From the human T2T-CHM13v2.0 reference genome, Homo sapiens, in NCBI RefSeq assembly GCF_009914755.1, contig NC_060947.1: a DNA stretch of 64,000 bases. One strand, written 5' to 3'. This document shows positions 16,476 through 42,185 of the stretch, one piece after another. The stretch's first letter is position 1, and each line of letters starts with the position of its first letter. The position numbers and the translations under genes were made by a program. The notes beneath the pieces were generated by a model. That model made no database searches. It was not told where the DNA came from and saw nothing but the letters and a program-made list of their open reading frames with translations.

Positions 16476-17262
16476 AAAGATATGAAAACATGTTCTGACT
16501 TTTGAAAGTAAGTCATTTAACCAACAGCCAATAACTTTCAGATAGTTTTATAGAGGCCTGTTTTTAACAAATACATAACATGTTGATAATAAGCATCAGT
16601 TTATATTGCAATGTTAACTGTGATGGTAATGGCTTAAAGCTAGCGTGGGTATTCAGTTTGCTGTACAAACTGAACTGCTTTTAGGCATGTAAAGAGACAG
16701 GAGTACCCGTGAAAATAGTGCAAATGTTCGCCCTACTTAAAGCAACTACATAATGGCTAAACTAGTCCAAAGTAACGTTTTTACACTTTTTCACAAGAGA
16801 CACAAAACAAATGTAATACTGACTTTTCTATTTCCTTCACTAAGGCTGTTCTAAGCATATTCTATATTCAGAGTGTTATTTCATATCAAAATATTTAAAT
16901 GATACTTTAAAATATCTTTTCCCTTAGGATTTTGTTTCTTTGAATTTTCATTGAAAGTATATGCATTTTTTTTGCTTTCCACTTATACATACAAAATAGA
17001 TTCACTTGATTTAATTCATTCTGAAATTGAACAGTCTCTTTGTTTCCTTATCCTACTAGAAAAAGTGGCATGAATTAAAAATATTGTTAATATGCCTGGA
17101 AGTCTACCTTCAGAGTTTATTCAGAGGCTAACTGGACGTAAACTAAAGGGTCACCCTCAGGGTTCTGATATTAGTTCATCAACACGGTAGTTGTATACCT
17201 CTAGTGTCACATGAATAAAAATCTGCTGAGTAACGGGCCATAATTATATATTTATTTTATAG

Positions 17263-17380
17263 GTGATGTGAAAACGTAGGTTTAAACCAAGACAAATGAG
17301 GACTGAAACCAAGAATCTTATTCTTAATCTGGAAATTTGACTGATAACATTCTCCTAACAAAGTTTTACAGTTTTCTGCA
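17263..17380 (+). pseudogene. PAGE-like last exon, proximal copy (GDVKT*; poly(A) signal changed to AACAAA)
   Basis: Acceptor TTTTATAG|GT. TAG at 17277-17279. AACAAA at 17357-17362 aligns with AATAAA in the distal copy. Confidence 0.85.
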
Positions 17381-17519
17381 AAGAATCCTTGCACACTTTT
17401 GTTAAATTTATCTCTGGATCTTTAATACTCTTGAGAATTGTATCTTTTTTGAAAGTTTAAATCCTGTGTTTGAGATGGTACATAGAGATGAAATGTTGGT
17501 ACATTGATTTTCTATCATA

Positions 17520-18009
17520 GATAGGAAGCTGGAAGCTTTCATAGGGGGATGCCAACAGCTGCACAGATGGAAAAGGCCACCTGGGGCCAGGCATGTCCAC
17601 CATGGGCTTTCCACCTCCTCGTTTTTAGCACATGCACAGTAAGAATGAAATGAGCAACATGGAGTAGCTCAGGCTGAGAACCCGCCTGCATAATAAAAGA
17701 TTAGTGTGGGGGCTGCCAGAGATTCACGCCCTATGTAGATGGTACACCTGGTCCTAACCAGTTGTTTGTACCCTATGTAGGTGATCAGATACTGCCTCCC
17801 CACTAGTTCATCTATAAAAACCCCTGCATTTCACTGCAGGATGGCAACCATTTCTTCTGGGACCCCTCTCTGTAGCAGAAAGCTGTTCTCTTTGTTTCTC
17901 CTACTAACTTTCTGCTGTAAACCTCACTCTTGGTGTGCCCATGTCCTTGATTTCCTTGGCTGTGAGACCAAGAACTATGGGTGTTACCCCAGACAATGAG
18001 GCCACTTCA
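17520..18009 (+). mobile_element. ERV1-type LTR fragment (copy 1; family not assigned)
   Basis: TATAAAA box, GGGACCCCTCTCTGTAGCAG, ends GAGACCAAGAAC...CAGACAATGAGGCCACTTCA. Confidence 0.7.
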
Positions 18010-21565
<3,556 letters not shown>

Positions 21566-21832
21566 TGCTTTCCTCTTATACATATAAAATAGATTCACTT
21601 GGTTTAATTCATTCTGAACTTGAACAGTCTTTTTGTTCCCTTTTTGTGCTAGAAAATGTGGTATGAGTTAAAAATGTTGTTAACTACCTTCAGAGTTTAT
21701 TCAGAGGCTAACTGGATGTAAGCTAAAGGGTCACCCTTAGGGTTCTGATTTTACGGTTATTTGTATACCTCTGGTGTCATCTAAATAAAAATTTGCTGAG
21801 TAACATGTTCTAATTTTATATTTATATTATAG

Positions 21833-21950
21833 GTAATGGGCAACCATAGGTTTAAACCAAGACAAATGAAGACTGAAACCAAGAATGTTGTTCTTATGCT
21901 GGAAATTTGACTGCTAACATTCTCTTAATAAAGTTTTACAGTTTTCTGCA
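21833..21950 (+). pseudogene. PAGE-like last exon, distal copy (GNGQP*; intact AATAAA)
   Basis: Acceptor ATTATAG|GT. TAG at 21847-21849. AATAAA at 21927-21932. Confidence 0.88.
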
Positions 21951-22094
21951 AATAATTCTTTCATATTTTTGTTAAATTTATTTCTGAATTTTTAATACTC
22001 CCGAGAACTGTATCTTTTATGAAAGTTTAAATCCTGTGTTTGAGATGGTATATAAAGATAAAATGTTGATACATTGATTTTCTATCATAGATAG

Positions 22095-22579
22095 ATAGGA
22101 AGCTGGAAGCTTTCATAGGGGGATGCCAGCAGCTGCACAGATAGAAAAGGCCACATGGGGCCAGGTATGTCCACCATGGGGGTTGCATCTCCCTTTTTTT
22201 AGCACATGCACAGTAAGAAAGTAATGAGCAACATGGAGTAGCTCAGGCTGAGGACCTGCCTGTGTAATAAAAGTTTAGGGTAGGGGCTGCCAGAGATTCA
22301 TGCCCTATGCAGATGGTACACCTGGTCATATCTGGTTGTTTGTACCCTATGTAGATCAGATACTGCCTCCCCACTAGCTCATCTATAAAAACCCCTGCAT
22401 TTCACTGCAGGATGGCAACCCTTTTTTCGGGACCCCTCTCTGTAGCAGAGAGTTGTTTTCTTTCTTTCTCCTATTAAATTTCTGCTCTAAACCTCATTCT
22501 TGGTGTGTCTGTGTCGTTGATTTCCTTGGCTGTGAGACCAAGAACTCTTGGAGTTACCCCAGACCACAAGGCCATTTCA
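22095..22579 (+). mobile_element. ERV1-type LTR fragment (copy 2)
   Basis: Paralog of 17520-18009. Has ATTAAA where copy 1 has ACTAAC. Confidence 0.7.
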
Positions 22580-26720
<4,141 letters not shown>

Positions 26721-29700
26721 TTTTTAGATTTTTTTTTCTTTTTTTAAATTTTACTTTAAGTTCTGGGATAAATGTGCAGAACGTGCAGGTTTGTTATATA
26801 AGAATACGTGTGCCATGGTGATTTGCTGCACGTATCAACCTGTCATCTAGGTTTTAAGCCCCACATGCATTAGGTATTTGTCCTAATGCTCTCCCTCCCC
26901 TTGCCCCCCACCTCCTGACAGGCATGGGTGTATGATGTTCCCCTCCCTGTCTCCATGTTTTCTCCTTGTTCAGCTCCCACTTATGAGAGAGAACATGTGG
27001 TGTTTGTTTTTCTGTTCCTGTGTTAGTTTGCTGAGAATGATGGTTTCCAGCTTCATCCATGTTCCTGCAAAGGACATGAACTCATTCTTTTTTATGGCTG
27101 CATAGTATTCCATGGTGCATATGTGCCACATTTTCTTTATCCAGTCTATCATTGATGGGCATTTGGGTTGGTTCCAAGTCTTTGTTATTGTAAATAGTGC
27201 TGCATTAAACATATGTGTGCATGTGTCTTTATAGTAGATGATTTATACTCCTTTAGGTATATACCCAGTAATGGGATTGCTGGATCAAATGGTATTTCTG
27301 GTTCTACTTCCTTGAGGAATTGCCACACTGTCTTCCACAATGGTTGAACTAATTTACACTCCCACCAACAGTGTAAAAGTGTTCCTATTTCTCCACATCC
27401 TCTCCCGCATTTGTTGTTTCCTGACTTTTTAATGATTGCTGTTTTAACTGGCAAGAAATGGTATCTCATTGTGGTTTTGATTTACATTTCTCTAATGACC
27501 AGTGATGATGAGCTTTTTTTCATATGTTTGTTGGCCACATAAATGTCTTCTTTTGAGAAGTGTGTGTTCATATCCTTCACCCACTTTTTGCTGGGGTTGT
27601 TTGTTTTTTCTTGTAAATTTGTTTATGTTCGTTTTAGATTCTGAATATTAGACCTTTGTTAGATGGATACATTGCAAAAATTTTCTCCCATTCTGTAATT
27701 TGTGTGTTCACTCTGATGATAGTTTCTTTTGCTGTGCAGAAGCTCTTTAGTTAGATCCCATTTGTCAATTTTGGCTTTTGTTGCCATTGCTTTTGTTATT
27801 TTAGTCATGAAGTCTTTGCCCATGCCTATGTCCTGAATGGTATTGCTTAGGTTTTCTTCTAGGGTTTTTATGATTTTTGGTTTTACGTCTAAGTCTTTAA
27901 TCCATCTTGAGTTAATTTTTGAATAAGGTGTAAGGGAGGGGTCCAGTTTGTTTTCTGCATATGGCTAGACAGTTTTCTCAACACCATTTATTAAATAGGG
28001 AATCCTTTCCTCATTGCTTGTTTTTGTCAGGTTTGTCAAAGATCAGATGATTGTAGATGTGTGGTGTTATTTCTGAGGCCTCTGTTCTGTTCCATTGGTC
28101 TATATATCTGTTTTGGTGCTAGGGCCATGCTGTTTTCGTTTCTGCAGCTTTGTAGTATAGTTTCAAGTCAGGTAGTGTGATGCCTCCAGCTTTGTTCTTT
28201 TTGCCTTGGATTGTCTTGGCTCTACGAGCTCTTTTTTGGTTCTATATGAAATTTAAAATAGTTTTTTATTCTGGTTCTGTGAGGAAAGCCAATGGTAGCT
28301 TGATGGGAACAGCACTGAATCTATAAATTACGTTGGGCAGTGTGGCCATTTTCATATTAATTCTTTCTATCCATTAGCATTGAGTGTTTTTCCATTTGGT
28401 TGTGTCCTCTCTTATTTCCTTGAGCAGTGGTTTGTAGTTCTCCTTTAAGAGGTCCTTCATGCCCTTGTAAGTTGTATTCCTAGGTATTTTATTCTCTTTG
28501 TAGCAATTGTGAATGGGAGTTCACTCATGATTTGGCTCTCTGCTTGTCTTTTATTGGTGGATAGCACTGCTTGTGATTTATACACATGGATGTTGTATCC
28601 TGAGACTTTGCTGAAGTTGCTTATCAGCTTAAGGAGTTTTGGGGCTGAGATGATGGGGTTTTCTAAATATACAGTCATGTCATCTGCAGCAAGAGACAAT
28701 TTGATTTCCTCCCTTCCTATTTGAATACTCATTTTCTTGCCTGATTGCCCTAGCCAGAACTCCCAATACTAAGTTGAATAGGAGTGGTGAGAGAGGGCAT
28801 CCTTAGGCTGGTTTTCAAAGGGAATGCTTCCAGCTTTTGCCATTCACTATGATATTGGCTATGGGTTTGAAATAAATAGCTCTTATTATTTTGAGATATG
28901 TTCCATCAATACCTAGTTTATTGAGAGTTTTTAGCATGAAGGGATGTTGAATTTTATTGTAGGCCTTTTATGCATCTATTGAGATAATCATGTGGTTGTT
29001 GTCATTGGTTCTATTTATGTGATGGATTATGTTTATTGATTTGTGTATGTTGAACCAGCCTTGCATCCCGGGGATGAAGGGGACTTGATCGTGTTGGATA
29101 AGCTTCTTGATGTGCTGGTGGATTCGGTTTGCCAGTATTTTATTGAGGATTTTTGCATTGATGTTCATCAGGGATATTGGCCTGAAATTTTCTTTTTTTG
29201 CTATGTCTCTGCTAGGTTTTGGTATCAGGATAATGTTGGACTCATAAAATGAGTTAGGGAGTAGTCCCTCTTTTTCTATTGTTTGTAATAGTTTCGGAAT
29301 GGTACCAGCTCCTCTTTGTAGAATTCGGCGGTGAATCCGTCTGGTCCTGGGCTTTTTTGGTTGGTAGGCTATTAATTACTGCCTCAATTTCAGAACTTGT
29401 TATTGGTCTATTCAGGGATTCAACTTCTTCCTGGTTTAGTCTTGGGAGGATGTATGTGTCCAAAAATTTATCCATTTCTTCTAGATTTTGTAGTTTATTT
29501 TCATAGAGGTGTTTATAATATTCTCTGATGCTAGTTTGTATTTTTGTGGGATCGGTGGTGATATCTCTTATCATTTTTTATTGTGTCTATTTGATTATTC
29601 TCTCTTTTCTTCTTTATTAGTCTTGCTAGCGGTCTATCTATTTTGTTAATCATTTCAAAAAAACCAGCTCCTGGATTCACTGACTTTTTGAAGGGTTTTT

Positions 29701-30804
29701 CGTGTCTCTGTCTCCTTCAGTTCTGCTCTGATCTTAGTTATTTCTTGTCTTCTGCTAGCTTTTGAATTTGTCTGCTCTTGCTTCCCGAGTTCTTTTAATT
29801 ACAATGTTAGGGTGTCAATTTTAGATCTTTCCTGCTGTCCCTTGTGGGCATTTAGTGCTATAAATTTCTCTCTTAACACTGCTTTAGCTGTGTCCCAGGG
29901 ATTCTGATATGTTTTCCCTTTGTTCTCATTGGTTTGAAAGAACTTCGTTATTTCCGCTTTGATTTCATTATTTACACAGTAGTAATTCAGGAGCAGGTTT
30001 TTCACTTTCCATGTCGTTGTGCAGTTTTGAGGGAGTTTCTTAATCCTGAGTTGTAATTTGATTGCGCTGTGGTCTGACAAACTGTTTGTTACGATTTCCG
30101 TTATTTTGCATTTGCTGAGGCATGTTTTACTTCCAGTTATATGGTCGATTTTAGAATAAGTGCTATGTGGTGCTGAGAAGAATGTATATTCTATCGATTT
30201 AGGTGGACATTTCAGTAGATGTCTATTAGGTCAGCTTGATCCAGAGCTGAGTTCAAGTCCTGAATATTGTTGTTAATTTTCTTTCTCATTGATCTGTCTA
30301 ATATTGACAGTGGGGTGTTAAAGTCTCCAACTATTATTGTTTGGGAGTCTAAGTCTCCTTGTAGGTCTATAAGAACTTGTTTTATGAATCTGGGTGCTCC
30401 TGTATTCGGTGCATATATATTTAGGATAGTTAGCTCTTGTTGCATTGATCCCTTTACCATTATGTAATGCCCTCCTTTGTCTTTTTTTGATCTTTGTTGG
30501 TTTAAAGTCTCTTTTATCAGAGACTAGCATTGCAACCCCTGCTTTTTTTTTTTGCTTTCCATTTGTTTGATGGATATTCCTCCATTCCTTTATTTTGAGG
30601 CCATGTGTGTCTTTGCACATGAGATGAGTCTCCTGAGTACAGCACAGAGATAAGTCTTGACTCTTTATCCAATTTGCCAGGCTGTGCCTTTTAATTGGGA
30701 CATTTAGCCCATTTACATTTAAGGTTAATATTGTTGTGTGTGAATTTGATCCTGTCATCATGATGCTAGCTGGTTATTTTGCACATTAGTCGATGCAGTT
30801 TCTT

Positions 30805-36955
<6,151 letters not shown>

Positions 36956-37433
36956 ATGCAGTTTCTTCATGGTGTCTTTGGTGTTTATATTTTGGTTTGT
37001 TTTTGCAGTGGCTGGTACCAGTTTTTCCTTTCCATAAGCCAGCCTGGTGGTAACAATATCCCTCAGCATTTGCCTGTCTGGAATGGATTTTATTTCTCTT
37101 TTGCTTATGAAGCTTAATTTGGCTGGATATGAAATTCTGGGTTGAAAATTTTCTTCTTTAAGAATGTTTAATATTGGCCCCACACTCTCTTCTAGCTTGT
37201 AGGGTTTCTGCAGAATGATTCACTGTTAGTCTGATGGGCTTCCATTTGTAGGTAACCTGACCTTTCTTTCCAGCTGCCCTTAACATTTTTGCCTTCATTT
37301 CAACCTTGGAGAATCTGACAATTATGTGTCTTGGGGTTGGTCTTCTCGAGGAGTATCTTTGTGGTGTATTTCCTGAATTTGAATGTTGGCCTGTCTTGCT
37401 AGTTTGGGGAAGTTCTCCTAAATAATATCTCAA

Positions 37434-37503
37434 ACTTGCTTCCATTCTCCTTGTCACTTGCTTCCATTCTCCTTGTCACTTGCTTCCATTCTCCTTGTCA
37501 CTT
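37434..37503. repeat. Perfect 22-bp tandem repeat, 3.2 copies
   Basis: ACTTGCTTCCATTCTCCTTGTC at 37434, 37456 and 37478. Confidence 0.97.
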
Positions 37504-39309
37504 TCAGGTACATCAACCAATCATAGGTTTGGTCTTTTCACATAGTCCCATATTTCTTGGGAGCTTTGTTCATTCCTTTTCATTCTTTTTTCTCAAATCT
37601 TGTCTTCATGCCTTATTTCAGTAAGTTCATCTTCAATCTCTGATATTCTTTCTTCCACTTGATTGATTTGGCTATTCATACTTGTATATGCTTCACAACA
37701 TTTTCATTCTGTGTTTTTCAGCTGCGTCAGGTCTTTTATATTCCTCTCTAAACTGATTATTCTAGTTACCAGTTCCTGTAACCTTTTATCAAGTTCTTAG
37801 CTTCCTTGCATTGGGTTAGAACATGCTCCTTCAGCTCAGAGGTGTTTTTTATTACCCACCTTCTTAAGCCTACTTCTGTCGATTCATCAGTCTCATTCTG
37901 TCTAGTTTTGTGTCTTTGTTGGAGAGGAGTTGCGATCATTTGGAGGAGAAGAGGCACTTTGGTTTTAGGACTTTTCAGCATTTTTGCATCATCTTTGTGG
38001 ATTTACCTACCTTAGTCTTTGAGCCTCATGACCTTTGGATTGGGTTTTTGTGTGGGGGTCCTTTTTGTTGATGTTGGTATTGTTGCTTTCTGTTTTTTAG
38101 TTTTTCTTTTAACAGTCATGTCCCTCTTCTGCATGTCTGCTGGAGTTCGCTGGAGGTCCACTCCAGACCCTGTTCACCTTGTTATCACCTGTGAAGCCTG
38201 CAGAACAGCAAAAATTGCTGCCTGTTCCTTCCTCTAGAAGCTTCGTCTCAGAGGGGCACTGGCCTGATGTAAGCTGGAGCTCTCCTGTATGAGGTGCCTG
38301 TTGACCCCTGTTGGGAGGTCTCTCCTAGTCAGGAGGCATGGGGGTCAGGGACCCACTTGAAGAGGTAGTCTTTCCCTTAGCAGAGCTGGTGCACTGTGCT
38401 GGGAGAATTCTTCATGTCAGGATCAGCTTCTCTCTTCAGAGCCAGCAAGCAGAAAAGATTAAATCCACTGAAGCTGCCCCCACAGCCGCCCCTTCCCCCA
38501 AGTGCTCTGTCCCAGTGGTATGGTAGTTTTATCTGTAAGCCCTTGACTGAAGCTGCTGCATTTCCTTCAGAGGTGCCCTGCCCAGTGAGGAGGAATCTAG
38601 AGAAGCAGTCTGGCCATAGCCACTTTGCTGTGCTCTGGTGAATTCCGCCCAGTCCAAACCTCCCAGCCTCCTTAGCACTGTCAGGGGAAAACCACCTACT
38701 AAAGCCTCAGTAATGGCATATACCCCTCCCCTAACCAAGCTTGATTGTCCCAGGTCGACTTCATACTGCTGTGCTGGCAGTTGAGAGTTTCAAGCCAGTG
38801 GTTCTTAGCTTGCTGCGCTCCATGGGAGTGGTACCCGCTGAGCGAGACCACTTGGCTCCCTGGCTTCAGCCCCCTTTCCAGGGGAGTGAATGGTTCCGTC
38901 TCTCTGGGGTTCCAGATGCCACTGGGGTAAGCAAAAAACTCCTGCAGCTAGCTCAGTGTCTGCCCAAACAGCTGCCCAGTTTTGTGCTTGAAACCCAGGT
39001 CCCTGGTGGTTTGGGCACATGAGGGAATCTCCTTATCTGTGGATTGCAAAAACCATGGGAAAAACATAGTATCCAGTAGCTCAGTCCCTCATGGCTTCCC
39101 TTGGCTGGGAGAGGGAGGTCCCCTGGCTCCTTGCACTTCCCAGGTGAGGCAATGCCCCACCCTGCTTCTTCTAGCCCTTCTCGAGCTGCACCCACTGCCT
39201 AACCAGGCCCAGTGAGATCAACTGGGTACCTCAGTTGGAAATGCAGAAATCCCTGCCTTCTGCGTTGGTCTCACTGGGACCTGCAGACTGGAGCTGTTTC
39301 TGGCTGCTC

Positions 39310-41055
39310 CGTCAGTTTTATATTTAGTACTCTCTTAAGGGTCTCTTGTCAGGGTTGTCTAGTAGTAATGAATTCCCTTTGCACTTGCTTGTCTGGAAAT
39401 GATTTTTTTCTCTCCTTTCCTTATGAAGCTTAGTTTGGTGGCATATGAAATTCTTGGTTGGATTTTCTTTTCTTTAAGAATGCTGAAAATAAGGCCCCAG
39501 TCTCTCCTGGCTTGTAAAGTTTCTGCTGAGAAACCCACTGTTAACCTGATGGGGTTTCCTTTGTATGTGATCTGACTTTTTTCTCTAGCTGCCTTTAGGA
39601 CTTTTTTTTTAGCATTGACTTTTGACAGTCTGGCAACTACATCCCTTGATGATGTCCATGTTGTATAGTATCTTGCAGGTGCTCTCTGGATTTCTTGTAT
39701 CTGGATGTCTATCTCTAGCAAGAATAAGAAAGTTTTCTTGAATATATTCCCTCAAGTATGCTTTCCAAATTGTTTTCTTTTTCTCAGTCTCTCTCAGGAA
39801 CGCCAATAATTCATCAATAATTCATAGGTTTCATTACTTCACACAATTCCATATTTCTTGAAGACTTTGCTCATTTTTTAAAATTATTTTTTCTTTATTT
39901 TCATCTGACTGGGTTAGTTAGAAAGACCAGTCTTCAGGCTCTGAATTCTTTCTCTGCTTTGTCCAGTCTATTGGGAAATCTTTCAATTGTATTTTTTAAA
40001 TCCTTAGGTGAGTTTTTCAATTGCTTTATGAGTTTCTTTGTGTTGATTTTCCACCTTGTCTTGGATCTCATTGAACTTCCTTGCAATCCATGCTTCGAAT
40101 TCTTTATGTGTCATTTCTGAGTTTTCATTTGGGTTAGGGACTATTTCTGGAGAGCTAGAGCAATCTTTTGGTGGTATCACTACATTCAGATTTTTTATGG
40201 TGCCAGAATTCTTACACTGGTACCCTCTCATGTGGAGATGCTGACACTTCAGATTTTTGTAATTATTTTTGTGCAGGTAGAATTTTTCCTTTTTCTTTCT
40301 TGCTCTATAATATTTTTAATTATTTTTCTTTCTCTTTCCCCCTTTCCTAGGTTGTGTGACTGTAGAGAATGTTCGGTAGGGTCTTTTGGCTTTGCTTCTA
40401 TATCTCTGCAATTCTTTCAGCAGATTTTATATTGGGATGTGCAGTTCAATCTGAGAGACTATAGATGGCACATATAGGTGAGAGCCAACTGTGGGCAACA
40501 TGGCTGAGTATATACTTTGTTTATGGAGAGGAGCCCTCGGTTGCTTCAGGCAATGGGTTAATTCATGGAATGCCAATTGGTCTGAGCTTCCTGCTCAGCC
40601 TCAGGAGAGTGGGGGCCATGAAGGGGAGAACCAGACCAGGCAGGCCCACCTACAGGTCCCCCAGTGGCAAGTACAAGCACCAGTGGCTAGGGAAAATCCA
40701 GCGGAAGGCCACCAAGCACCCAAAAGCTTGCCTAGGCATGGAGCTTGGAAACCTTCTTGGCCCCAAGTTCTCTGCATGGGGACTGGGAGTGGCCTAAGCT
40801 CTAAGTCCAGGAGAGTGGGTGTTCCAGATGCCTGGAGATGTACCTGGGCATGTAGTGGAGAGCCACCCACCCCGCCACTGTACCAAGATTTCTGGATAGG
40901 AGGGGTGGGATGACTGAGGCTGCTGCTTCAGGTGAGCAGATGCTCTCTGAATGCCTGGAGATCTGCCTGAGCGTGGAGCAGAGAGCACCTTCTGCACCAC
41001 CATCTATATTCAGGAAGGGTGGGGTGGCTCAGGCTGCTGAACCAGATGAATGCCT
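39310..41055 (-). mobile_element. Older primate L1 ORF1 and 5'UTR
   Basis: ORF1-like KAAREKSQITYKGNPIRLT...SAETLQARRDW. GC-rich UTR with repeated ATGCCTGGAGAT units. Confidence 0.8.
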
Positions 41056-41199
41056 CCTATTTTCTATTGCTTCTTTCATTGATTTATCTGTAAAATTTAT
41101 AGGAATACCCCCTGCAAACCCACCGACTCTACCACAATATCTGCCCCAACCCACATTTGCAGTTTCATCATTCTCTAATCCCTGCACCAGAATTTCTCC

Positions 41200-41335
41200 A
41201 AATGTGGTTCTGAGACCACTTGTATTTGACTGCCTTCAGGAGAGCTTGTTAAAATGCACCCTCCTGGGGTCACACTTCTGATCTATTGGGCCACAGCTTC
41301 TTGGGTGGGGAGCAGGAAATCTACATTTTGACAAT
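41200..41335. mobile_element. MER5-type hAT DNA transposon remnant
   Basis: GAGAGCTTGTTAAAATGCA...CAGGAAATCTACATTTTGACAA. Confidence 0.65.
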
Positions 41336-41959
41336 TTTGGAATGGCTCAAGACCTGACCTTGTGCACGTCTTGGATGCCAGTTCTATTCCCCTCACAGGC
41401 CATATGAATCCTGTCCTTTCTGCCTCAAAATGCCCATCCAGAGCCTCTACATTGATTAGCTTTTCCCTCCCTTCCAGAAAAGTTCAAAGGCTACCTCCTC
41501 CTTGAAGCCTTCACAAATACCTTAATCTAACTGTTTATAACCCTCTGCCATCTTAGCACTGTGGAAAATACATAAACTTGGGGTTAGAACATCATCAGTT
41601 TTAATGTAAGCACCATCCTTTCTAGCTGTACAGCCCTCCTGAGCCTTAGTTCTTACATCTTGAAGATGGAACCAGCTCAACAAGCATAGGGATGTAGCAA
41701 GAATCAAGACACTGTAGATGCAGCACCTGGCCGGTGGTAAGAGCTTGGTTATCACAAGTTATCTTCACCCTCTACCTTGTGTGGCACTATTTCTTCTATG
41801 ACCTTGACTGCTCTCTGCTCTGATCTGGAAGTTCGCTGGGAAAAGGTGTCCCCTTTTTTATTACCTACCGGGAGAACCATGAGTGATGCTCTACTTGTAG
41901 TATATATACCCTGAGATGATTATTCTTAAAGACTAGTTCTCATGACTTGAGAGTTTGCT

Positions 41960-42185
41960 CTGTGTTAGGTACCATTCTAACACTGGATGTTGACTATGTA
42001 TGTTATTTAATACTTCCATCAACCCCATAATGTAGGGAGAATCATTATGCCCATTTTAAAGATGAGAAATTGAGGCACAAAGCAGCTAAGGGAAATTGTC
42101 CAAAATCTCACTGCTAGGTGGTATTTCAAGTATGTGAATCCAGGCAGCTTGATGCTACAGCTAACTTATTCTTAGCCAGTGCGTT
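41960..42185 (-). mobile_element. MIR
   Basis: Core ATTATGCCCATTTTAAAGATGAGAAATTGAGGCACA. Other MIR-like pieces near 41630-41750, 43190-43340, 45450-45560, 63290-63450 and 63810-63880. Confidence 0.75.
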
